This document shows positions 47,689 to 56,440 of a stretch of DNA of 64,000 nt, piece by piece (within the stretch, counting starts at the first letter, position 1; each line of letters begins with the position of its first letter). The translations under genes and the position numbers were made by a program. Under the pieces are notes generated by a model that saw nothing but the letters and a program-made list of their open reading frames with translations, had not been told where the DNA came from and ran no database searches. Source of the DNA: Planctomycetota bacterium. GTDB lineage: Bacteria > Planctomycetota > UBA1135. The DNA lies in the NCBI GenBank assembly GCA_045047305.1, contig JASFYO010000010.1, forward strand, positions 19,591 through 83,590. Reading direction: 5' to 3'.

Positions 47689-49230
47689 TTAACTGCCCAA
47701 ATCCACGAAAACCCCGCCATTATCCTTGGCTAAATCCTGGATAAAACTGCTGGGGAAGTCACCAATGGCGATGGTATGGATGACAACGCCGCGGAATCGG
47801 TTGATTTCTCGAATGGCATTTTCAATGTCCTGGGTGTCGACCAACTCCCCTACCGTCGGCTTACCGTCCGAGAGGAAAAACATGGTATCTGCCACCTTTT
47901 CGGGGTCTTTACCTGCCACTTCGGTCATAGGACCTCGCTTTTTGGGGTCGGGACTTACACCCAAACCAGCTAAAAGGCCGGCATAGGTGTTGGTGCGACC
48001 ATCCTCCATCTTGGAGGAGCCGCGCAATCCCGCCGACGCCATGGCCGATGCCTGGCCGCCACCAATGGGCTTCAACTTGCGAATCCATGCGATTGCACTT
48101 TTCTTGTTCAAAGCATTGGCTGGTACTGGCTTTTTGCGCCATGGATGTACTTTGCTGGCAAAACTATAGATGTTAAACACCACATGCTCGCCAAGCTGAT
48201 CGATCGAGCGCGAAAGCTCTTCTTTGACGATAGCTAACTTAGAAAACTGAGTAAATCCACGCTCGCGGAAGGAATCGCGATTGATGATTTCCTCCTCCAT
48301 CGACCCCGAAACGTCAATCACAAAAACGATCTGGCGACTACTAGTTTTCACACCCATGAAATCGGCTTCGGCCTTGGGAGTAAAATACTGCGCATTCGCT
48401 TTCGCTCGAGCTTCACGACGGGTAGCGATTTCCGCATCGGTTGGGATGGTGTATGTCGCTTCCACCTGAGTCCACCAACCACGCCAAATCCCTGGATCGT
48501 CATTAAATGGTTGGTCTGTGATCTCAACCAAAGTAGGCCATAGCAACTCCACAATGCGGCCCTCACCCTCTTCTAACAGCCGAATCAGAGGTCCAATCGC
48601 TTCCTTGGTGCGAATAGTGCGCAAGCCAATGCAGGCTGCTGTGCTCACCGAAGTACTTTTATCATCCAAGGCGGCCACCAAAGGCGGGCCGGCTTCGGCT
48701 TCGCGTCCGCGCCCCAAAAGCACCAAGGCCTGAACCGCAGCAGCGCGCACCAGGGTGTGATCATCTTCCACCACCATGAGGCCTACCTGTGGCAAAGAAT
48801 CAGCATCGTGGATGGTGCCGACAGCCGTGACCGCCCACAGGCGCACGCTGTCATCACTATCTAAAAGGTAGGGACGGACGACTCCAGAGAATTCGGTCCA
48901 ACGACCGTCGGCAACAGCGCGCAAAATTGGAGCGAAGTAGTCACTCTGCTTGGCCTCGAGGAGTACCTCCTTCAGAGGAATTCTCGACTTGGAAGAGGGC
49001 AACTGCGTAATCACGCTCAAAGCAGCCTGTGCACAGAGCGGCTCCTTATCCTTCAAAATCTTGAGTAGGACCTTCGGCACACTTGGGTCATCGATCCCCT
49101 CCAGAGAGTAAATCAGCTCCGCTTTATTGAATGGATCCTTCTCCTTGCGGTAAAAGCGTTTGAACTCCTTAACCGTTTCATCGGTCTGGAGGAACATTGG
49201 GGCAGCGAGCAGGAGTGCAGTGGCCAGCAT
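47689..49230 (-). CDS. Exported HEAT-repeat plus von Willebrand factor A domain protein
   Basis: HEAT repeats (DSVRLWAVTAVG, LVRAAAVQAL, VSTAACIGL); F-G-S-IVFVIDVSGSM MIDAS; TN, FFLSDGKPT, IHTIAIG. Confidence 0.88.
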   Translation of the reverse strand: MLATALLLAAPMFLQTDETVKEFKRFYRKEKDPFNKAELIYSLEGIDDPSVPKVLLKILKDKEPLCAQAALSVITQLPSSKSRIPLKEVLLEAKQSDYFAPILRAVADGRWTEFSGVVRPYLLDSDDSVRLWAVTAVGTIHDADSLPQVGLMVVEDDHTLVRAAAVQALVLLGRGREAEAGPPLVAALDDKSTSVSTAACIGLRTIRTKEAIGPLIRLLEEGEGRIVELLWPTLVEITDQPFNDDPGIWRGWWTQVEATYTIPTDAEIATRREARAKANAQYFTPKAEADFMGVKTSSRQIVFVIDVSGSMEEEIINRDSFRERGFTQFSKLAIVKEELSRSIDQLGEHVVFNIYSFASKVHPWRKKPVPANALNKKSAIAWIRKLKPIGGGQASAMASAGLRGSSKMEDGRTNTYAGLLAGLGVSPDPKKRGPMTEVAGKDPEKVADTMFFLSDGKPTVGELVDTQDIENAIREINRFRGVVIHTIAIGDFPSSFIQDLAKDNGGVFVDLGS

Positions 49231-49237
49231 GGGGTAC

Positions 49238-49244
49238 TAGGATA
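49238..49244. promoter_or_regulatory. Overlapping bidirectional -10 elements in a 23-nt divergent gap
   Basis: Plus strand TAGGAT (49238-49243) is 10 nt before ATG 49254; minus strand TG-TATCCT (49239-49244) is 8 nt before ATG 49230. Confidence 0.5.
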
Positions 49245-49253
49245 CACGGAGCG

Positions 49254-50117
49254 ATGGAGTTCACGCTCTCTACCCATCTTCTCGTCTATGACGAGTTGGG
49301 CAGCAAGGCTTTAGAGGCCTTGTCGGGGGGCGGTTACCCGAAACTGGAAGTCTGGCTGGCCGAACCCCACGTGCCTTGGCGCAGCGCGGAAGGGCTTAGT
49401 TCCTTCCGTTCGCGGCTGGAGGACTATGGATTGTCAGCAGGAAGCGTGCACCTTCCCTTCTATCCATCGGTCCCAGAATTGGTGGAAGAGAACGCACGCT
49501 GGTCTTTAATCGCCAACACTGCCGACGCCCGCCGCACCGCTCTTGCCGGTTCCGCCGAAGGCTTGATGGCAGCCGGAGCCTTAGGGGCTGAATGTGGCGT
49601 GCTTCATCTTGGGTGGCAAAAGGATGCATGGAATGACCACACCGATGGCTGGGCTCGAGAAGCCGTGGCGGAACTGGTACCCATCGCGCGCAAGGCTGGC
49701 GTGAAGTTGTTGTTGGAGAACATCATTTCCGACGGCACCCGTGTGCATCGTCTAATGCAGTTACTCGATGAGGTCGACCCCGAGCAGGAAGTCGGCTTGT
49801 GCGTAGATTTGGGCCACGCACATGTCGAAGGCGATGTCGTTGCGGAGTTGAAAGCTGCCCTACCCCGCTTGCACCATTTACATGTGCACGACAACGACGG
49901 CTGCAATGATTCGCATTTAGCTCCAGGCCAAGGCACCATTCCTTGGACCGAGGTGCTCCAAGTCCTCCACCACGCCGGTTTTGATGGCCTCGCAGCTTTA
50001 GAAATGCGCGACTACTCCCGTGGCGAGGAGGATTGCGCTACCACTTTGCAACGCAGCTTGGGGCAAGTGGCGGATTTCCGCCAGCGATTTTTGAAGGAAA
50101 ATCACCCTTCCGCATGA
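49254..50117 (+). CDS. Sugar-phosphate isomerase/epimerase family TIM barrel (xylose isomerase-like)
   Basis: SVHLPF, VLHLG, LLENI, CVDLGHAH, HLHVHDN, HLAPGQG-IPW, LE. Confidence 0.88.
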   Translation: MEFTLSTHLLVYDELGSKALEALSGGGYPKLEVWLAEPHVPWRSAEGLSSFRSRLEDYGLSAGSVHLPFYPSVPELVEENARWSLIANTADARRTALAGSAEGLMAAGALGAECGVLHLGWQKDAWNDHTDGWAREAVAELVPIARKAGVKLLLENIISDGTRVHRLMQLLDEVDPEQEVGLCVDLGHAHVEGDVVAELKAALPRLHHLHVHDNDGCNDSHLAPGQGTIPWTEVLQVLHHAGFDGLAALEMRDYSRGEEDCATTLQRSLGQVADFRQRFLKENHPSA

Positions 50118-51055
50118 ACACTGAAACCACCCAATCCCCATCCCAGCTTCTGCTTGGAGGCATTGTCGAGTTACAACAATTGACTCCCGAAGCCAGTGCT
50201 AGACGCTACTTTCGGCCTCAAGAGGAAGTGCAAATACCAGGCTTGGACGAAGCGCAAAGCGCGGTAAAGAAGTGGCTGCTCGTCACCTCCCCCGACATCG
50301 CGCCCTTGGCCACCACACAATTTTTGCGACATCGCGGGGTGCGGGTTCCACAACTAGGCCCGACCTGTGAAGGTGCCTACTTGATTGAAGATTTGGGTGA
50401 CCGTCACCTAAGCGATGATCCAGGATTAGAGCACTACAACGCCATCCTTGAAGCTTGGCAGCCCTTTGCATTCGAACCGCTGCCGAAAAAACATCCCAAT
50501 GCAAAGTTGGCCCTGGACGAAGCCCTTTTTCAGCGTGAGTTGCACATGTTTGTAGAGCGTTACGTCGAAGGATTCCGCGAACGCAAAGACTTGCCCGAAG
50601 CCTTTGCCTTGGATTGCGCGGAACTTGCGCACCTTGCAGCACAAGGCCCAACTTGTCTGCAACATCGTGATTTCCATTGCCGTAATTTCTTGCTGCCAGA
50701 TGATGGCGAGCCGGTATGGATTGATCATCAGGATTTGCGCCGTGGCCCCCTGTTCTACGATCTAGCCTCCCTCTACACCGACTCCTATATCGATTTATCC
50801 GACAAAGTATTTAGCCGCTTGCGTACCGAAGCAAGCTTGCTCGGTGCTTGCTTTCAACTCGGCGCCGAGGAAGCGCAAGAACGTTTTCATTTCTCCGCTC
50901 TACAGCGAGTGCTAAAAGCGCTTGGCACCTTCGGCAATCTGTTGCTCCAAGGGCGCAACGATTACGCCGAGGCAGAGGAACGCGCGCGCGGCATGGCCTT
51001 AGCTTTGCTCGATATGACTGGATTCTCCCCCACCATCCGCAAAGCGATTCAATAG
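50114..51055 (+). CDS. amgK: Anomeric MurNAc/GlcNAc kinase AmgK-like (APH phosphotransferase family)
   Basis: EASARRYFR, LIEDLGD, QHRDFHCRN, IDHQD-GP-YDLASL-D, LQRVLKALGTFG. Confidence 0.8.
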   Translation: MNTETTQSPSQLLLGGIVELQQLTPEASARRYFRPQEEVQIPGLDEAQSAVKKWLLVTSPDIAPLATTQFLRHRGVRVPQLGPTCEGAYLIEDLGDRHLSDDPGLEHYNAILEAWQPFAFEPLPKKHPNAKLALDEALFQRELHMFVERYVEGFRERKDLPEAFALDCAELAHLAAQGPTCLQHRDFHCRNFLLPDDGEPVWIDHQDLRRGPLFYDLASLYTDSYIDLSDKVFSRLRTEASLLGACFQLGAEEAQERFHFSALQRVLKALGTFGNLLLQGRNDYAEAEERARGMALALLDMTGFSPTIRKAIQ

Positions 51056-51771
51056 TGGCCACGGCACTTATTCTGGCAGCTGGTAAAGCTACACGCCTAG
51101 AAGGCATCCGCGATTGTTACGCCAAAGCGAATGTCCCGATTGGCGACACCACACCGCTGCGCTTTTTACTCCATGCACTTGGCACACAGTACTCCGACAT
51201 CTGGATCAACCTTCACTTTAAGGGGGAGCAAGTGCGGGAGCAGGCAGAACGTTTTGTAGCGCCAGGAGTACACTTGCATTTCCTGGAAGAAACCGCTCTA
51301 CTCGGTACCGGTGGCACCTTACTGGAAATCATGAACAGATGTGCTGATCTTCCTGATCTCATGGTGAACGCCAAAATGTTCACCGACTTCAAATTCGCTT
51401 CCCTAGTGCAAGCTCCGCCCAGCAGCCTGGTCTTGCACCCGGCCAGTTGTTTGTCTACTTTTGGCGGTTTGAGTTTTGATGCCGAGCATCGTATTCAGGG
51501 TTTATGTCGCCAAAACCAAACGCCACCAGACGGGCATATCGCGGCAGTCTTCACTGGCATCTGCAAACCATCGGCGGAGTGGTTGCCACACCTAAAGGCA
51601 TCCCGAGCAAGCGCCCCCGATGGCACCCTGTGCTCCATACGCCATGGATTACTACCTGCCCTAAAATCCAATCCTGGTCACGCACGGGCTATCTTACATG
51701 ATGGCACATGGTGCGAAATCAGCACACCAGAACGCGTGCGGGAAGCCGAACGCCAGTTAGCCTTGCTCTAA
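51055..51771 (+). CDS. MurU-like NTP-transferase (divergent)
   Basis: ALILAAGKATRL, INLHFKGEQV, LLGTGGTL, FTGI, WCEISTPER; GTG start overlaps the amgK stop. Confidence 0.78.
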   Translation: MATALILAAGKATRLEGIRDCYAKANVPIGDTTPLRFLLHALGTQYSDIWINLHFKGEQVREQAERFVAPGVHLHFLEETALLGTGGTLLEIMNRCADLPDLMVNAKMFTDFKFASLVQAPPSSLVLHPASCLSTFGGLSFDAEHRIQGLCRQNQTPPDGHIAAVFTGICKPSAEWLPHLKASRASAPDGTLCSIRHGLLPALKSNPGHARAILHDGTWCEISTPERVREAERQLALL

Positions 51772-52616
51772 TCAGGCGTCCAACGCTGAAGCTGACGCAA
51801 GTGCTCGGCCACACCTTCTAAATCGCGATCCCGTTTCAGCACCCAAAAAATTTGTTTGCAGAACAGGGTTTCCACGGAAAGGTTTAGCTTCACCCGATCG
51901 AATAAAATCCGATCCTTGGTTGCCTGTTCGATATGCTGGTTACGTCGGCGGTAAATCGACCACGAAAGCAAACTCATGAAGGCTATCAGCGGGTACAGCA
52001 AAACTCCAAGCAGCAAAGATGTCGCGCTAATTTTGGTACGCACGCGTTGCTCCACCGTGAATCCAGATAAGGTAGAAAAGGATTGTAAGGACTGCACATC
52101 GAGCAGAAATAGGTGTCCGTAATACATCTTGGATGAGCCTTCATCAGCAAACCAGATGCTATCGATTTCCGTTGGCGGAACTCGTTTCCAATAATCGAAG
52201 TCAAAGAGAAAACGCGAAATACGGCAGCGAATATGCGAGTAATTCGGGGTGGTTAAGAGCAGGGTCCCGCCTGGCTTTAACACGCGGTTAAATTCTTGCA
52301 TCACTTGAATTTGATTCGGAGCATGCTCAATGCCTTCCTCACAAATGATGTAGTCCATGGTTTGATCCGCCACCGGCAGAGTCTCAGACAGGTCTGCATA
52401 TTGCGCTTGCAGCCCTTCCACCCGCATAAATTTAGGGAAGAGATCTAAGGGGAGGACATCGGCACCTTGTTGCAAGAAGTCATAACTTGCACGACCCGTA
52501 CCGCAGGGGATATCAAGCACCCGTTTGCCCTTAAGATCACCAAGCTTTTGAATGTAGGCACGCAAATAACGATGGATGCCTCCTTGGTAGAAATCGTAAT
52601 CAGATTTCGTGGTCAC
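51768..52616 (-). CDS. Class I SAM-dependent methyltransferase (glycan-locus type)
   Basis: VLDIPCGTG, ADL-LP, EGIEH, RVLKPGG-LLLTTPN. Confidence 0.88.
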   Translation of the reverse strand: MTTKSDYDFYQGGIHRYLRAYIQKLGDLKGKRVLDIPCGTGRASYDFLQQGADVLPLDLFPKFMRVEGLQAQYADLSETLPVADQTMDYIICEEGIEHAPNQIQVMQEFNRVLKPGGTLLLTTPNYSHIRCRISRFLFDFDYWKRVPPTEIDSIWFADEGSSKMYYGHLFLLDVQSLQSFSTLSGFTVEQRVRTKISATSLLLGVLLYPLIAFMSLLSWSIYRRRNQHIEQATKDRILFDRVKLNLSVETLFCKQIFWVLKRDRDLEGVAEHLRQLQRWTPD

Positions 52617-53779
52617 GTTGTGCGTTTTATGAGGCCATAGGCATAGCCGGTAAGAATGGTGAAGGCTGCCAAGCGAATGGACTGATAAATAGGCGTGTCA
52701 GTGACACTCGTACCGGCCAAAATGAGCCACGCCATGATGCCTAAATAAGCACCATGTGGAGAGTCTTTGAGACTGCGCAGAAAAAACCACAATATGCTGA
52801 ACGCAAACCATGCCGTCACCAATAATCCAAAAATGCCCTGCGTAGCAAGAACATGGAGAGGGTAGTTGTGTGCTGCGAATTGGCCTTGTTCGATGTATTT
52901 CCTTAAGAACTCGCCTTGCTCTGGATGGTTCAGTGCAAGTTGCGAATAGCTCCCCAATCCATGGCCGAACCAAGGTGCACTCTTGAATGCATCCCATGCC
53001 ACAATCCAATGGGCCAATCGGTTGGTATTACTGACATCCAAGTGATTGGGGTCAAAATCAAGCAACAGCGCAAGTTTGCCACCCCCAAGAATCGCAATGA
53101 CTGGAATCACCGCCACCAAAACCGCGACTACCGCCAGCGTGCGGCGATTCACTTTATAATAGAAAAGAGGTGTTATTGCCGCGAGGAAACACCCAATCAC
53201 TACATTGGCTCGTTGCGTAGTGGACACCAAACCGAACAGCACCAACAGAGCAATGCCGCACCACAGAATACGGCGACGCGGATCGCGCAAACAGGCATAG
53301 AAGGCCAGTGGGAGGCCAGTGGTCATGGCAACCGAGAAGGCCATGATGTGAGTTGGGCCAATGTTTAGGTCCGGATATTCAGGGTGAGGTGGCAGCACCC
53401 CCACCGCCATCAAAACCGACCACAAACCACCAAGGCCCACCAAGACCAGAAAGGCCTGCAGGAATACTTCGGGGTTTTTAGCTGTGCGCGCGCTTGCTGG
53501 CACAGCGCACAGAAATGCAAGGGGCCACATGCCATCGATTTTGGCCATCGGGTCGGCCGATTCCGGCGCCATCCATGCTGAAAAGAAGAGGGCCGCCAAA
53601 AAAGCCAGGGCTGCCCACAGAAAGGAAGTGTGGAACAGGCGTAACTGCTTCAATCCAATAGGTAGAAAACACAAAAGGGCCAGTCCGCCAGCGATTCCAA
53701 CCACTGCTTTAGAGAATGCGAGTGAACCAAGCGCCACGCCGTAAAGGGCGGTACTGATTTGGGTCCAATTGGGGGTCAT
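52613..53779 (-). CDS. O-antigen ligase (Wzy_C)-family membrane protein
   Basis: About 11 TMs; TTQRAN, SNTNRL-HW-A-F-PWFGHGLG, AHNYPL-LATQGIFG. Confidence 0.85.
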   Translation of the reverse strand: MTPNWTQISTALYGVALGSLAFSKAVVGIAGGLALLCFLPIGLKQLRLFHTSFLWAALAFLAALFFSAWMAPESADPMAKIDGMWPLAFLCAVPASARTAKNPEVFLQAFLVLVGLGGLWSVLMAVGVLPPHPEYPDLNIGPTHIMAFSVAMTTGLPLAFYACLRDPRRRILWCGIALLVLFGLVSTTQRANVVIGCFLAAITPLFYYKVNRRTLAVVAVLVAVIPVIAILGGGKLALLLDFDPNHLDVSNTNRLAHWIVAWDAFKSAPWFGHGLGSYSQLALNHPEQGEFLRKYIEQGQFAAHNYPLHVLATQGIFGLLVTAWFAFSILWFFLRSLKDSPHGAYLGIMAWLILAGTSVTDTPIYQSIRLAAFTILTGYAYGLIKRTT

Positions 53780-54187
53780 CGGATTGGTTGCTTGCGCTGC
53801 GTTCAAGCCCTCGACTTGCATCGGGGAACTTTATCAAACCGGATTACTCCGTTGGAGCGAAATCGCCCGCTTAGGCAACTCCAACTCCTGTCAATGCCTA
53901 GAACTCGGCAATGATGAGAGGCATGGCTGCTTGCATGAGAAAATAACACCATCCTTTTCACGCGCTCCAATGCATGTGCGCCACCACCTACAAAGCAGGC
54001 GCATCCGGGCCTGATTCTCTGAACCATCGGAAAAACAGGGCGCACAGGGAAATCCAAACCACTACGGCCAGAACGACTTTAGCTTTTCCCATGAATTGTC
54101 GAAATAGGGCCGACTTCTGGGAGCTCAGCTATCTCCATCCTATAGCAAATGGCTAGAATCCGTCAGCGCCACTCAGCTAGCCCACAC

Positions 54188-56428
54188 ATGTCATCTAATC
54201 ACACGTCACACGGACGCCTTTTTCTGGTCAGTAATCGCCTGCCCATCACCATGGAAAAGCGGCCAGATGGGCTGCATGTGCAAATGTCGGCTGGTGGGTT
54301 AGCCACTGGCTTGGCCGGATTACATAAGGAAAGTGGAGGCGCTTGGATTGGTTGGCCGGGCATGGCTACGGACGATGGCACCCTCACCGATGAAATGCAG
54401 GAAGCCTTGGCTAAGGAAAATCTTGTTGGGGTTGGTCTCAGTGAAGAAGAGCATCGGGGCTACTACCAGAACCTATCGAATCAAAGTATCTGGCCACTAT
54501 TCCACTACTTCAATGAACGCATGCATTATGCAGAGGAAGATTGGAAACAATATGTAGCCATCAACCAACGCTTTGCCGATGCCGTTTTGGCTCAGGTCGG
54601 CGATCACGACACTGTGTTTGTGCAAGATTTCCACCTCATGTTATTGCCACGCATGTTGCGCGAGGCACGCCCGGACTTGCACATTGGATTTTTCTTGCAC
54701 ATTCCGTTCCCCTCATCTGAAGTCTTTCGCATTTTCCCAAAACGTGAAGAACTGCTGCAAGGCGTTTTAGGCGCGGACCTGATTGCTTTTCACACCATGG
54801 GCTATGTGCGTCACTTCCGTTCCTCGGTCGCGCATGTGCTAGGCATCGAAACACAGATTACTCGTATCCTCACTGAAGGACGCGAAGTCAAATTATTAGC
54901 GCAACCGCTTGCCATCGACTCCAATCTGTGGGAACCCGGCGACCCCAAGCAGGAACGTGAAATCAGAGACTTTCAGAATTACCTAAAGAAAACGGGTGAT
55001 GGGCGTCGCATGATTCTTGGGGTGGAGCGTTTAGATTACACTAAAGGCATCCCTGAACGCATGATTGCCTTCCGCGAGTTCTTGCGCGAGGACCCATCAC
55101 GAGTCGATCGAGTCATGATGGTGCAGGTTGCAGTTCCATCACGCGCCGATGTCAGCGATTATGCGCAACTGAAAGACGAGGTCGACCGCCTCGCCGGATC
55201 CATCAACAGCGAATTCGGCCGCCCTGGTTTACAACCACTGCATTATCTCTACCAATCGGTACCTCCTGCGCAATTACGCGCCCTTTACCGCAGCGCCGAC
55301 GTCGCCCTTGTCACTCCCCTCCGCGACGGCCTAAACCTGGTTGCCAAAGAATATGTCGCTTCTCGCCACAACGATGATGGAGTACTACTGCTCGGCGAAT
55401 CCACAGGTGCTTCGTGGGAACTTGGTGAGGCTCTACGCGTGAATCCCTTTGATACTTCCGACATGGTGCGCCAACTCACCCGCGCGCTCAACATGCCACT
55501 GGAAGAACAAACACAACGCATGGCACCCATGCGCAAACGCGTCGCATCTTTGAATGTGGAAGGTTGGGCGCGCAACTGCTTAGATGCCATCCACACTTCG
55601 CATCGCTCCAGTCCGGCACCGCAAGTTCTGGCCGCGCAAGCGCAGCAAGAATTACTCCGTACTTGGCAAGAGGGCCTTGTGCAAGGCAATGCGGTCTTTC
55701 TCGACTACGATGGCACCTTGCGCGAATTCACCGCAGCACCACTCGACGCAAAACCAACCCCTGCCATTCTCAATACATTAAAGAAATTCGCTGACAATCC
55801 CAACGTGAACCCTTGGGTGGTATCCGGGCGCTCCGCCGATCTGCTTGCCGAATGGGTCGGGGATACAGGAGTCGGTTTGGTTGCTGAACATGGCGCCTTC
55901 ATCCGTCCACCAGGTGCGAAAAAGTTTCTACCGCTCTTCGAAGTCGGACGTCAGTTGTGGAAGGAAGAAGCGCGCTCCATCCTTCAAGAGTTCACTGCAC
56001 GTGTACCCGGCAGCCGCATCGAGGAAAAGGCCGTGGGCATTGCTTGGCATTACCGTGAAGCCGATCCAATCCTCGGCGCATGGCAAGCCAAAGAGTTATT
56101 CCAGCACCTCGCAGAAATGTTCATGGATCAAGGTGTCCAAGTCATGCGTGGGGCTCGAGTTTTGGAGGTAAGGCCAGCCGGAGTGAGCAAAGGTCAAGCT
56201 CTACGTACCATTCTCGCGGAAGGTACTCCTCCTGGATTTGTCCTTGCCGCGGGCGACGACCACACCGATGAAAGCATGTTCCGCGAGCTCGGGCCGGCCG
56301 ATTGGAGCTTACTGATTGGCAATCGCCCTTCTGCAGCACATTGGCGCCTCGATTCCCCCGCTGATTGCCGTGCTTTGCTTGCCGAGCTGGCCTCTTCAAG
56401 CCTGAAGCCCTTAGACGCCGATAGTTAA
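54188..56428 (+). CDS. Bifunctional trehalose-6-phosphate synthase/phosphatase (OtsA-OtsB fusion)
   Basis: GT20 motifs VSNRLP, GGLATG, WIGWPG, FFLHIPFPS, VERLDYTKGI, DGLNLVAKEY; HAD motifs FLDYDGTL, VSGR, AEHG, KG-A, GDD-TDE. Confidence 0.95.
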   Translation: MSSNHTSHGRLFLVSNRLPITMEKRPDGLHVQMSAGGLATGLAGLHKESGGAWIGWPGMATDDGTLTDEMQEALAKENLVGVGLSEEEHRGYYQNLSNQSIWPLFHYFNERMHYAEEDWKQYVAINQRFADAVLAQVGDHDTVFVQDFHLMLLPRMLREARPDLHIGFFLHIPFPSSEVFRIFPKREELLQGVLGADLIAFHTMGYVRHFRSSVAHVLGIETQITRILTEGREVKLLAQPLAIDSNLWEPGDPKQEREIRDFQNYLKKTGDGRRMILGVERLDYTKGIPERMIAFREFLREDPSRVDRVMMVQVAVPSRADVSDYAQLKDEVDRLAGSINSEFGRPGLQPLHYLYQSVPPAQLRALYRSADVALVTPLRDGLNLVAKEYVASRHNDDGVLLLGESTGASWELGEALRVNPFDTSDMVRQLTRALNMPLEEQTQRMAPMRKRVASLNVEGWARNCLDAIHTSHRSSPAPQVLAAQAQQELLRTWQEGLVQGNAVFLDYDGTLREFTAAPLDAKPTPAILNTLKKFADNPNVNPWVVSGRSADLLAEWVGDTGVGLVAEHGAFIRPPGAKKFLPLFEVGRQLWKEEARSILQEFTARVPGSRIEEKAVGIAWHYREADPILGAWQAKELFQHLAEMFMDQGVQVMRGARVLEVRPAGVSKGQALRTILAEGTPPGFVLAAGDDHTDESMFRELGPADWSLLIGNRPSAAHWRLDSPADCRALLAELASSSLKPLDADS

Positions 56429-56440
56429 ACACAGTTTTTC

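Noticed and set aside
47445..47720. 92-aa N-terminal extension of Rho given by the ORF track
   Set aside because: It overlaps the upstream gene, is not Rho-like and coincides with a hairpin-rich leader; ATG 47444, preceded by GGAG, is preferred.
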